Assembly: GCA_020536535.1 (NCBI GenBank)
Contig: JAHLWZ010000791.1
Span: forward strand, 249,017-313,016
DNA from: Pelomyxa schiedti
Lineage: Eukaryota > Protista > Evosea
Reading direction: 5' to 3'
Length of the DNA stretch: 64,000 nt
Positions 1 to 11,997 of this stretch are shown one piece after another. The stretch's first letter is position 1. Every line of letters begins with the position of its first letter. Under the pieces are notes generated by a model. It was given only the letters and a program-made list of their open reading frames with translations. It was not told the origin of the DNA and ran no database searches. Made by a program: the position numbers and the translations under genes.

Positions 1-537
1 AACATAAAGTGCGTCCATGAAGGACTTGCCATCTCCCTCTGTGCAACCAGACTGTTTTCTGAAGTCCGCAACGATCAAAGGAGCACCACCGCCCAACCTC
101 TGCGCCGTGTCTTCCAGGGACTCGACATGATGGATAGTGGAATTGTTCATCACTGCGAGAACCACAGCGCCCTCAGCATTGGCACACCCAGGCCCCAGCA
201 TGCCACTGCCGTCCCTGTGGAACACAACACAGCTGACACCACGTCGCCCTTTCCCTGCTGGTGCTGCTGCTTCCGCGGCCGCCACCATTTGCCGCTTCGC
301 CGCGGATGACGTCATCGACCGCGCGTCATCGGAAAGCAACTGCCGCAAGTCATCCGCGGCCACGGTCACGGCCACGGGGTCGAATTTCGAGGGCCGGACC
401 TCCTCGGCGGGCCGTGTCCGATTCCCAAGCGCGGCAAGCAGCTGGCCAGCCTCCTCGTGCGAGTAACCGAAATACTCGATCACGTAGCAGTTGACCGTCT
501 TGCTGTTGTTGCTGCTGTAGTCGCCGTGTAGCAGCAT
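1..537 (-). CDS. Hypothetical protein, 3'-truncated by the window edge
   Basis: ATG at 537, open frame to position 1 (MLLHGDYSSNNSKTVNCYVIEYFGYSHEEAGQLL...KSFMDALYV). GC-rich codon usage. No family recognised. Confidence 0.55.
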   Translation of the reverse strand, partial: MLLHGDYSSNNSKTVNCYVIEYFGYSHEEAGQLLAALGNRTRPAEEVRPSKFDPVAVTVAADDLRQLLSDDARSMTSSAAKRQMVAAAEAAAPAGKGRRGVSCVVFHRDGSGMLGPGCANAEGAVVLAVMNNSTIHHVESLEDTAQRLGGGAPLIVADFRKQSGCTEGDGKSFMDALYV

Positions 538-846
538 TTTCGGGAACTGACACCAGATTCGGAAAGATGCAGTAACAATCCTACCGTTTCCGCCATTGCG
601 TTGTGCTCTGTCCTACGGATCGGCACATTGTGGGACCCTTTCAATTCGTGCTCCTTGAATAGAGGCAATAAATTCCTGCTTTTTGATCAGGTAAGGTGTG
701 CAGTGAGGTACCATGGGTTATGTTCCCACACTTGACTTTCTCTGGTTTTTTACCAACCCCTCATAGACCAACAACGATGCCTACTTGCAACCGAGACCCT
801 GAGGCTCACTGCCGACGGGGACTGGGCCCACGCCTTCTCAAATTGC

Positions 847-1798
847 ATGGCTCTACTATGTCCCATTATTGATGCTGCGGCTGCTGCGCCATCTGGTGCT
901 GCTTCGGTGAACAGCACCAGACAAAATGCCAACAACGGACAAGTCCTGACGAGGCTGTTCTGCGGGGTCCCGGGACGAAAACCCCTCGTCACAGATTCAC
1001 TCGTCTTCGTGCTGCTCAGGTTCATCTTCCCAATGTCGCCGGGTCTGTTCCCTCCCACAATGGTGTGGGTTCGACTCCCTGCTGGACAAATTGAAGAAGT
1101 GCCCCAAGTCATGCCACGACTTCGCCATCAATCTGCTGGTTGTTGTGACTGGGAATCCCCAAGTGGCCGACCCTGCCAACAACAGGCTGGTGTCTCTGGC
1201 CCTTGTAATCCTTGGGTTCTTCAATCACATGGGGATTGGGCTCAGGATTAACCTGGCCGCGGCTGTGCAGTGCTTCAGGCGAAGCCAAGAGCCCCCCTAC
1301 AGCAACTCTTTCGCTCAGTACTTCCTGGGAAAGTGCTACTACACCGGCGAGGGAGTGGAAGAGGACAAACTCGAGGCATACCACCTGTTCGTCAAGTCGG
1401 CGGCCCAGCGCAACCCATTGGCCATCCGAGGCGTCGGAATGTCCTACGATAACGGGACAACAGACGCCGGGGTGCCTGACCACGATTCCGCCATCAGGTA
1501 CTACACACAAGCCTCCGAAGAGCACAACTGGGCCTCGGCACAGTTCAACTTGGGGTGGATGCACCTCGGCATGGGTGATCAGGAAAAGGCCGCTGCTTGG
1601 TTTTTCCTGTCAGCGAGGCAAGGCTACGACTGCGCACAGTACCAGGTCGGGCTATCTTACTTCCAAGGTTATGTTCCGGGCCATATTGACAAGCGCGAAA
1701 GCAAGAGGTGGATGCTCCTTTCTCATAGTCAGGGCTATAGCCCAGCCACAGTACATTTAGACACCTACTTCTTGTGGTACAACAGGGCAGCGTATTGA
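847..1798 (+). CDS. Sel1-repeat (SLR) protein
   Basis: ORF 1091-1798 has repeats such as AQYFLGKCYYTGEGVEED, AQFNLGWMHLG and AQYQVGLSYFQG. The N-terminal part (847 onward) is in another frame and is probably joined by a short intron near 1060-1096. Confidence 0.85.
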
Positions 1799-1902
1799 TT
1801 TGTATAATAATATGACTCAACAAACAGAAAGAATGGAGGAATTTGCTATTGTAATAACAAACAAAGTTGTGGCATTTGGGGAAGTTTATGCTGTGCTGGA
1901 AC

Positions 1903-2753
1903 CTAGACTCTTTTTGGGTGGGAAAAGAGTTGGTGCCTTACAAGTCCCAGAGAAACAAAGGCATAGTAGACAAGGAACGTGTGAGGTATGAGAAGAAGCT
2001 CGATGACAAGCATGTACCAGGGCCATGGTCCCAATAAATCAAACAATGACGATTGAAAGGGTTTATGGCAAGTAAACATGTAGTTTGCACCAGGGATGAC
2101 CAAGTTGAACAGTGACGAGACCACTACAAGGGCATTTCCAAAGGCAATATGTTTCAGTGTTGTAAACAATGCCTGTTGAAAGCTAGGAGAAAAGTATGGC
2201 TGCAAGCTTGTATCTGTTCCATAGGCAATATATGGCGAAATGAAAGTAATGCCATGACATAGGACATAGTTTAAGTATTCGCAGCTGGGGAACCAGGTCT
2301 GCACTGACGGAGTGAGAAGACCATGGAACGCAAGAGGGGAGGCAATCAGTGCCACGAATTCTTGAAGAGATTTAGGTGAGAAAATTTCAGACTTGAGGCA
2401 TACCACACAAGAACTTTCTTGTCTTCGATTGTTGACTGGTCAGTAAAAAATACACCGCCGCCCAAAGGCCGTAATCACAAAATTGAAGTGGCAGACAAGT
2501 GGCCATAGACCTGGAATGAGTAGGCAATAACTCGGCTGGCGTAAAAGTGCAACCATTTTCCAGTGTAGAGCCTGTTCATTTGCGTAACCAATTCATTGAC
2601 CATCAACACGCTCCCAAAAACGAGCCTTGCTCTGCGACCAATATCTCCCCTCCTTGCTGTAACCACTCCACCCAACAGCGAAAAAGCGACAGCGAGACTC
2701 AAAGCCAGGCCAACGCACACACAGTGAACGATGACGGTGTCTGACGGCACCAT
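1903..2753 (-). CDS. TIGR02206/YwaF-type integral membrane protein, intron-containing
   Basis: Spliced reading gives LPLQFCD (family motif LPLHLC) and GANYMFTCHKP...SLFDLLGPWPWY, with several hydrophobic helices. Confidence 0.75.
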
Positions 2754-3134
2754 TGCGATCCAGATTTAATAACTAAATGGATGATTTTGACACATTAACG
2801 TATACGTATTGACAACTCCGCAGGGAAGTAGTGTCATCTGTCTCTTCTCGGCCGATTTCAATATTTTTTTTCCTTTCCGTTTAGTGTTTTCTCATTTCCC
2901 TAAAAAAACAACGAAAACCGACACGGGAAGGTGCCACTGCGCGTGGGGGCGATGCTCTTTTTCTGTCCCGAAGATCTACGACGTTGTTGTGAGGCGTCTG
3001 CCACTGCATCTTCCAGTCCGTTGAGGGGTTCGGGATCTGGTGTCCTGTTGAATGCAGCAAGTAACTTGCCTCCGGCGTTGTCTTTTGGAGACCCGCTGGC
3101 GCTGTCTTCGTTCGGCGTCACCTTGTACGAACTT

Positions 3135-6100
3135 ATGGCGCGCCCACAGACACCGCAGAACCTCGAATTAACTGAGATCGACAAAGATCCCACTCCCCCA
3201 CCCACGCCTTACACGCCTCCTTTATCTTTACCCTCGCCACCAATTCCCTCAAAACTACCAGTGACACCCTCGGCATGCGTTTCTTCGCAGGAGGGTGGTG
3301 GGGCCACAGTCACAGACGTTACCCCTCTGTATCCCGTCCTTTCAACAAACACTGACCCCTTTTGTCTGCCTCGCCTCCAGTTTCCGCCGCAATTACCCCA
3401 GTTACAGAAATTACTGAATCAGCAACTTCAACAACAACAACAGAGCTTGCACCAGTGTACACCTGTTGTCATCAATTCACTGTATGACCTAAAATTGATG
3501 TCAAAGTATGCTGTCAAGTCCGGGCCAACAATACAGAGAACTTCGTGCACTACAATTTCCGTTACTTTGGCTAATAAAGCTGTACTCCTTCAATTGAAGA
3601 AAAACTAAAAACTAATGAAGATGTTTCTGTAGTTTACTGTAACAATACAAAGCTTAGTTGGAGAATTTCTACTAAAACGGATGCCTGCATGGAAGCAATC
3701 AATAGCGCAAACACAGCCCACGTATCAAGAACCACTGCCAACCTCTCCACAAGAAGAAAGCTATATTCCTGAGCAACCACTGACCACGGCATCCCCCAGC
3801 ACAACCACAACTGCAGTGGCACAACAGTTTATAGTTATACAACCAACCGGGGTGCAAGGTACTCTATTTTTAACGAACTTCAGAGTTTTGTTTGTCCCCA
3901 GTGTATGCTAACCATCCATTTTAGCAATTGTGTATTCTCACTTGTTTTTAGATAGGCCGCGATATTGTCGACATTCCTTTGACCATAATAAGTCGTATAA
4001 CAAGCTTGGGTGGTCAACCAGTAGGAGCAATGGAGAGACTATTTGGAGCCCGGGAAGGCAAGCCTGATGACTACATTCTTGATATTTCCACAGTAAGGTG
4101 CAATGTTTTACCACCGGCCTAATATTCTCAAGAGTCCGTACTATATGGATCTGCGGCACCCAACAGTTAGGTTCGCCTTTGACTCAGGATGCAAGTATGC
4201 TATGGCATCCTTCTGAATGAATACGACAACTCACTTTTCTTGAAGGGATTTGTGTCAACTCATGATCCAGTTTGCCTTCCCAGAATCGCGATCAAGGCAA
4301 GCTTTCTCCTTTTCTCCTCCCTGTACGTGCACTTGCTGCTGCTGTTGCGCATGTACCTGTGTATCGTGCTGCGAGTCAGTTCACAGTGTCTCGCTGAATT
4401 CTAAGCCCTCAACCTCGCTCTGGTTTACCGTTCCAGTATTTGTCCTAAATTCTGCTCGTGTGGTAATTCTGCTCTAGAGAATATTGAACGGCAGTGATCA
4501 TTGCCCGTTTTGTTGTCTATCTGTTCCATCCAGCTTTTCACCAACTTCTGAATTAAGTTCCAAACCCTGGATTTATGACGAGTTTACCGAATTCACACGC
4601 CAGGGAGTCAATCTCCGCGATGGAGAATGGAGAGTGACTACAGTAAACAAGGTAAGTGAGTACCAAAAAAGAAGATCTCATGTGTCACAGGACTACGCAC
4701 TATCCTCAACATACCCACCCGTTCTTGTTGTACCTCAATGCATCGATGACGACAAACTGAAAGTTGTTGCAAACTTCAGATCTAAAGGCAGAATACCAGT
4801 TTTAAGCTGGATGCACAAATCTGGCGCCTCAATAACTAGAGGTTTAGTGCCCAACCTGAATAAGCTCACTTTCTTTGCAGGTAGTCAGCCACAAAGTGGG
4901 ATTCTTACCTCTAGGTGTTCAGAAGATGAAAAACTGCTTAACCAGATTGCTCTTCTTAACCCCTCCCAAAAACTCTACATTCTCGATTCCAGACCACTGA
5001 GTACTTCCTCCCTTCAGAAAAAAGGCTACTCATAGTACATTTTTCAGGTAATAGTGTGTTTAATCGAGCACTTGGGGGTGGCTACGAATGTTCTGAGTAC
5101 TACGGGTGTCCTGTTGAGTTCCTTAACATGCCTAATATCCATGTTGTGCGAGACAGTTTCAATCGGCTCCATTACCTTTGCCTGTGTCTTACATCTGACC
5201 CTACCTGCCAAACTTGGCTATATCAATTATCAAGTACTGCCTGGCTTGATTACATAAGGTAATTAAGGGAATCCAAGTTCTGCAAAATAATGTGCTTACT
5301 TAGACTTGTTCTGTCTGGAGCAAGGAGAGTTATTAATTTGGTTAATGAAGAAAAAGCTTCAGTGTACGTTCACTGCAGTGATTCTTGGGATAGAACATCA
5401 CAGGTGGGCTTCTCCATTTGTTCGTTCCGTCATCATTATGTGTCAGCTGTGTGCACTTGCTGAGCTGTGTATGGACCCCTATTACAGGACTTTCGAGGGC
5501 TTTGTTGTTTTGATTGAAAAGGTTTTTTTGTACTCCAGTAACTCCAAATAACTCCATTTAGGAATGGCTAAAAATAGGTCACAAATTCGGTGATAGATTG
5601 AGGGAGCAATCTAATGCCGGTGCGGTAACAGAGACATCACCAATTTTTTTGCAGTTTCTGGATTGCGTCTTTCAGTTGATGATGCAGTATCCAACGGCGT
5701 TCCAGTTTAATGACTCTTTTCTCGTATCAATCATGGAGGTTCAGCTCACTTCTCCTGGCTAATTAGTACTTAAATTATGCTAAGGAAGCTTTAATTGCAA
5801 GGTTCGGAACCTTTTTAGGCAACTCCGACAGGGATCGTTCCCAGTTGCCACACCCAGTGGTATCCCTTTGGACCAATTTACACCACTTGCAGCACCCTCA
5901 GAGATCACTTTCTCAACGTTTGCGGAACTCCGCCTCCCTGTCTAACAGTACAAGCACATCTAGCAGCACTGGGGTTTTCCATTTTCTTCCTATAGTTAAC
6001 ACTCATGCCTGAGGCCAGGGAAGCTGTAAATGCCCGGTTTTCCCTTTCGTGAATCCATACTATGATGCAGTAAGTCAGGACACAATCATTCCGCTGGTAC

Positions 6101-6405
6101 TAAATGAAACCAGTAACTCTCCCAAGTTCTAACCTATTCTCCCTCAGGTTGGTGCACACAACTTACAGCTTTGGACAAACTACTATTTCCGGCTAATGCC
6201 GGAAGGAATAGATACGATGTCCATAGCAAATGACCAAAGAGTGCACAAGTTCATGGAAATGAAGACTCTGGTAAGGGACCTACAGCAACAAGTCACATCA
6301 CTCCAGGCGCAGCTTGAGGCCACTCACACCACACCCACCACGAGCACAAGCACAATCCCCACACCCACAACTCAGCACAATTTTGAGCCTCAGACAGGTT
6401 TGTAG
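3135..6405 (+). CDS. Myotubularin-related phosphoinositide phosphatase (PH-GRAM, PTP-like domain, short coiled coil), multi-exon
   Basis: GTLFLTNFRVLFVP (GRAM); TYPPVLVVP, FRSKGRIPVLSW and SQP motifs; P-loop VHCSDSWDRTSQ near 5365-5400; LCMDPYYRTFEGFVVLIEK. Confidence 0.9.
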
Positions 6406-6463
6406 TAATTGTAGTAACCATCACGAAATCAAATTTCCCCGAATCTTGTCTTTCCCTGTTGAC

Positions 6464-7435
6464 ATGATGCGTTTTGCACATATTGGAATTGTTGCATGCT
6501 CAAGTGAAGGTGCCGCTCTGTGTTTCCGGTCTATATGCTCTCAGTCTGCGGAGTTCCCTGGAAACACACACAGGCACCATCATCCAGGTACTCCCAACTG
6601 ACACTAGTAATGTTGGGTGAGTTCACTACTGAGTTCATTGGCCTGTGTAATGACTTGTTGGTATTGTCTGACACCTCCTCTTGCTAGAGGTGTCAATGCA
6701 CTGTCCCTCCTTACAGCGCTATGTGGATTTCCTGGAACAGGGTGACTTACATGGCGTTGCAGGACTGACGTTGGAGTCATCGAGGTTTGGTTTTCCTTTC
6801 ATCTGGAATCAAACTTTATACCTAACATGGATAATTAGGAAATTGGCTGCCATGGGAGCAAGGTTCTTGATATGCCCTGACAACACCATCCACTCAGCTT
6901 TTCACTTGGTAGAGAGGGATTCTCCTCTTCCTTGGCTACATATTGCGGCTGTTGTGGCCGACTCTGCTGCATCCCGTGGATTCAGAAGAGTTGGAGTAAT
7001 GGGAACAAAATGGCTGGTGGAAAGTGAAGTTTACCCACAGAAACTTTCAGCAAAGGGAATTGAGTGTGTAAGGTATTTTCCTTCCCGAAGGTTGAGTGAG
7101 AGCCGTTTTATTGTGTAACAAGACCATCACCAGAGGACAAAGAAGAAGTATCTCGCATTATAATGCAAGAACTAAACCCCCTGAATCTCCTGCCTGGGTC
7201 AGTTGGTAAACTCAGAGCAGTGGTGGAAAGATTTCGTGAGCAGAACTGTAGTGCAGTTATTTTGGGCTGCACAGAGCTTCCACTGGTTAGTCTATCCATT
7301 TGCACACCGGAACAGATATTCTCAATTAACCAAAAATAGGTTCTGTGTGATTACAACTGCTGTATCCCCACACTGGACTCCACCAAGCTTCTTGCCGCCG
7401 CTGCTGTTCATCACTCACATTCCATGATGACCTGA
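6464..7435 (+). CDS. Aspartate/glutamate racemase family protein (bacterial COG1794 type), intron-containing
   Basis: HIGIVACSSEGAALCFR N-terminus. Both catalytic Cys motifs present (LICPDNTIH and ILGCTELP), plus C-terminal LDSTKLLA. Confidence 0.85.
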
Positions 7436-7653
7436 CACATACCTCGTTGACACAACAAAAAAGTGTCTCATAAGTATCTGTTTTACTCATGGGTTATAGT
7501 TTTGTTGCTTAAATTTATCATCACCGACCCTGGTGTCGTTGTGCCTTGCAGGCAACAAAACGTGACAGCTCCCTCCCGCGCTGTATACTTATGGGTCTCT
7601 CTGATGGTTAATGGGGAAAAGAAAAAAATAGCATAATATTGATCTTTACGGTG

Positions 7654-9823
7654 ATGTGGCAGGCGACACCGGCGCACTTCTTAAGTGCCGACGAGGAACT
7701 AGGAAAGGTTCTGGGCACCCCGAAAAGCCGCAGGTCCGTGGGCGACGGGCGACGCCGGGGCGCGAACGGGTCCCATAATTGCTGCTGGCGGCGCTTCCGG
7801 GCTTCCCGCGCGGTGCCGATGGCGCTGGTCGTTCTTGGTGCCGGGGGGACGTTCTTGCTGCTGTTTTGTGTGTCTTTTGGCCTGGTCAGCCTTCCTGGTT
7901 GGGGCAGCGACGACGCGCCGGGCGCGACGCCGGAACCCGTCGTTCCCACAATTGGGATAAACCCCCAACTGCTGGCCCCGAAGCCGAGCGATTCTTCTTC
8001 CAGTGTTACTATCCCGGGAGTTGATGTTGATGTTGATGTTGATGTGGACGTGGACTTGGGAAAGGGGCTGGATGATGGAGTAGGGAGTAAGATTGGCGTA
8101 GAAAAACGAAGCAAAAGTGAAGATATGGGAGCTCAAGTTGCGACTCTGACTGCCGACCATCAGAGCTCTGTGGTGGCTCCAAATTCTGGACAGGAGCATA
8201 GTACTCAATATTTATCTGGACCCATGGAAGTACAGCCGTCTTTACCCGAAGTCAGTGAAGACACGCCTGTAGCACATTCATGCCCACATTATGCTGGAAG
8301 AAACTATTACAAATACCCTGTGGTCATCCACAAGGGCATTGATCAGTTGTTTATCAATATGGTAAAGAACCTTCGTCACCTCTTTCCCTCTCAAAATTTC
8401 ACAGACCAAATGCGATATTCCTTGCGTAGTTGCTTCAAAAATAACAGCATTTGGCTACATTGATGCCCACATGACCCGCCTTCCTGGCACCAATGTTGGT
8501 CATTCACCTAAAAACTGTGAGCATGTCCAAGACATTTTCTTTTCTATGGAGAGTGCGCAACAATACCCTGCTTGCCAATGTATGTCAAGCGGATACCAAT
8601 ATGATTTTTCATTAACGTTAGTATTCTGACAGTGGATGTTGCAAGGAAAAAGTATGATATTGTTGCTACATACGATCTTGATTCAGACGTACCTGCACCT
8701 TATTTTAGCTGGGCGGAATATGATTTTATGGCACCCCTGGCACCCAAGGTAAAATATCCTTTATTATCTTTTTTATTTTGAGAACGCAATAAGAATGCCC
8801 CAGCTATGGCAGTTGCCCTGATCTCCAACTGTAACGCAAAGAACAACCGTCTTCAATATCTAAGTGCTCTTATGAGTGCGGGAGTCACCGTTGACTCCTA
8901 TGGAACGTGTATGAATAACAAAGAGTTCCCTGCAAACCTGCACACTGGTAACTACTTTGCTGAAAAAATCGCCTTGACCCGAAACTATAAGTTTGCTATT
9001 GCATTTGAGAACTCCAACACCAAGGATTATGTGACTGAAAAGCTCTTTGCAACTTTTGTTGCAGGAGCGGTTCCAAGTATAATGTCTTTTTGCCTTCCTG
9101 TTCTAATATCGCACAGTTCACATGGGTATAGAGGATGTGCACCGCTTTGGTCCTTCACAACACTCTATCATTTCGGTGCACGATTTTGGGTGCCCTATCC
9201 GTACCACATTTGCTTTTGTGGTAACCCTGGAAAATTAGGTCCCCTGTCGAACTCGCCCAGTACTTGAAACTGTTGGATAGTAATGATACTTTGTATCAGG
9301 AATATCTCTCCTGGAAAATAACAGGCTACTCAAAGGAATTCAAGGCTTTAGTCGATTTAGCCAATGTAATTCTAACTTTTTCCACTTTGCATTCGAGCCT
9401 AAGTGTTCTTAGGTTCATTCAGCATGCCGGCTCTGTATAAAAGTTGCTGACAATCAAAGAACCCTCTTTGGGGAACCACAAACACCGCTCCAGTTCCGTA
9501 ACTACGCCGACGTCGTATCTGCGGAAACAGAGTTTTTGAGTACCCCTTCCTTCCACCGAACAGTTTTGTCTAATTCTTTTTCTACTACAGGATTTCGTGT
9601 TCGTAACCGAGGAACCTTTTGGTTCCACAACCTACGCCTCCCCCTCAACGGCCTAGAGTTCTCCAGCCTCACTAATAAACTTAGCAGTGCACTACCACAC
9701 CCACAAGGCACAGAACTGTGGGAAGTCTACCTTGCTCACAACCAAACAAACAAAATAGCCTGTGACAGTGATGTCCGGACTCTGATGGTGGATGGGGTGG
9801 AATTGGAGGCATACTTTGTGTAA
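7654..9823 (+). CDS. Alpha-1,3-fucosyltransferase (GT10), type II membrane protein, multi-exon
   Basis: N-terminal TM helix ([21 protein letters not shown]) and GT10 motif [30 protein letters not shown]. The start codon could instead be the ATG near 7819. Confidence 0.85.
8020..8055 (+). repeat. Coding (GATGTT)n/(GAYGTG) hexamer repeat encoding [10 protein letters not shown] in the fucosyltransferase stem
   Basis: Directly visible tandem repeat. Confidence 0.8.
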
Positions 9824-9906
9824 GTGAGTGATTGAAGTTGTTGGCCAAGTGTGATTGATAGTAAAATATCTTTCTTCTTCACTACAATAGTATCTCTATG
9901 TTTCAT

Positions 9907-11650
9907 TTAGTGCTTTTTGGCTCCCAGCTTCTTCCTAGTAGCGGGATTTGGTCTTTTGGATTTGACTCCCAGTCTCCGGCCTCCTGTATTTGGTGATTTG
10001 GCTGCTGCAGTAGGTGGTTTTTTGCTAAACTTTTTGCCTCCACCATAACCACTTTTCCCACTAGGCTTCTCCTTAATTCCTCTCTTTGGTGCTTTGGAGT
10101 GTGTGTCGCTAAGATGGAAATCCTCTTCCCCCTTTCCTCTACTCTTTCCTTGTCTGGGGAGTGCTATGAAGTCATCGGCGGTACTCTTCTTTCCTGGCCC
10201 TTTGCTCCTTCTTCCGTCATTGTGCTCAAGGGTTGGGTCTGTCCTTGCCCACTTGCTGTGAAAGTTAAGTAAGAATGTATCTACGAGGGGAAGTAGTGGC
10301 ATACTCCATTGTTGGTATGGCACCAGGGGGCAGTGCACCTGCAGGGCGTTTCCTTTTGGACAATGCTTGTTTTGGAGCTGGCTTAGACTCCCCAAAATTT
10401 TTTTCTAATTCAATGGCAAAATCCTTTGCGTCGTCCTCTTTGTCTTTCCTCACTTGAAAATCCAGGTAAGTTACCTAAGTTTCGTACATGCATATAATTA
10501 CCTGATCTCCACTTCTTCAGCTTGTCCATGTGCTCTTTTTTTTGCTTCATTTTTTCAAGCTCTTTTTCATGTTGCACTTTTTTCCCGAATTTTTTGTTTT
10601 GACGTTGTTTTGCAACGTATTCCACAGCATGTAACTTCTTCTTTTCAACACTGAGATTTTGTTGTATCTGTGGCCCTTTGTTAACCAGCAGTAAAAGTCA
10701 AAAAGTAAATACCCGATGAAGGTGTTCATCCGATTTTACCATCTCAGCAAAATAGTCCTCAGGACGGCGAATTTTTATCTGGTACTGTTCACAGAGAGCA
10801 AATCCTCTTTTCACAGCATCGAGTGCTTGTGCATAACTGGAAACAATCAACTAAACACATTACTTTGCAGTGGCGAGGGAATAAATTGCCAAAACAACAA
10901 ATGCATAGTAAAAATCGGGGAAAAAAAAGAAGAAGAAGAAGAAAGAAGCAGAAGAAGAACATATAGCAACGAATACACAAGACAAAAACAGAAGTAAATA
11001 ATTGGGACAAGGTGTGTGATAGTGGCATACAAAGTGAGCTCTCTTTCCTGATCGTCGTCGATCCGCTCCACCTTGTTTGGCGCCTCCGAAGTCACAACCA
11101 AAGTCTCGCCCCACGGCGCCCCCTCTGATATCGACATCTCCCTCAGCGTCTTCTTCAGCCCCTTCACGTTGTTCACCGTCCTCGGGTCAAAGTCCCCCTC
11201 GCCGCCCGCCGAGTCGCCGCCGCCGTGGCCGTGGCCGTGGCCGTAGCCGCCGCCCTCGTCGTCGTCGCCGTCGTCGTCGTCGTCCGCGCCGGCGCCGGCG
11301 TTGGCGGAGTTCATCTGCCTCAGCATCTTGTACTGCTCGGCCAGCGAGGGCACGGGCTCGCCCGTCTGCTCGTCGATGAACCTGCCGTCCGCGGTCATCG
11401 AGGCCATGATGGTGCGCGTCACGTTTGAGCTCTCGGACGGCGTCGACGACGGCATTATGGGAGCCGCCCTCTTGAGCGCCGCCGCGGCCCTCGCCGCCGC
11501 CGCCGACGCCTCGTCGTCGTGCGACCTGCGCGCGGGCTTGGGCACCACCGTGCGCCGCTTCGTCGTCGCCGCCGCCGCCGCCGCCGCCTTCGACGTCGGG
11601 GCGCCGCGCTGGCCTCCTTTCATCTTCCCTACCTTGTTCCCGAACGGCAT
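9907..11650 (-). CDS. EBP2: rRNA-processing protein EBP2
   Basis: PWGETLVVTS...DDDQERE, RPEDYFAEMVKSDEHL, basic C-terminus. Multi-exon. Confidence 0.9.
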
Positions 11651-11997
11651 CACCCTGCTACTCTTGCGCCTTGCTTTTTGTAATTTGTTAAGGGCTCAAT
11701 TTATCGGCGACATGCAACTGCTTGGATAGGCGAAACGGAACAGATCTGGTGGGAGAACAGGAGTGAACTTTGAATAGAGCATGTTGGACTGCTGTGTGGG
11801 AGTATGTGCTGGTGATTGAGTGTGTTGAGGACCAGAGTAGGTGTCCAATCAAAAAGGGTCTCAGAGATTCAGTTGCAAATGAAGTTTTTGTTTTCCTTGT
11901 CTTTTCATTCCAAGACAATAAGCGCCCCGCGACACCACGGTCGTCATTTCGGGTACAGTAACAGTACACACAACCAAGGCCTTCGATCTAGATCACA

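Noticed and set aside
11077-11729. Long plus-strand ORFs antisense to EBP2 (likewise 29309-30343, 41495-41988, 57083-57849)
   Set aside because: Shadow ORFs from GC-rich, stop-poor first exons of genuine opposite-strand or other-frame genes.
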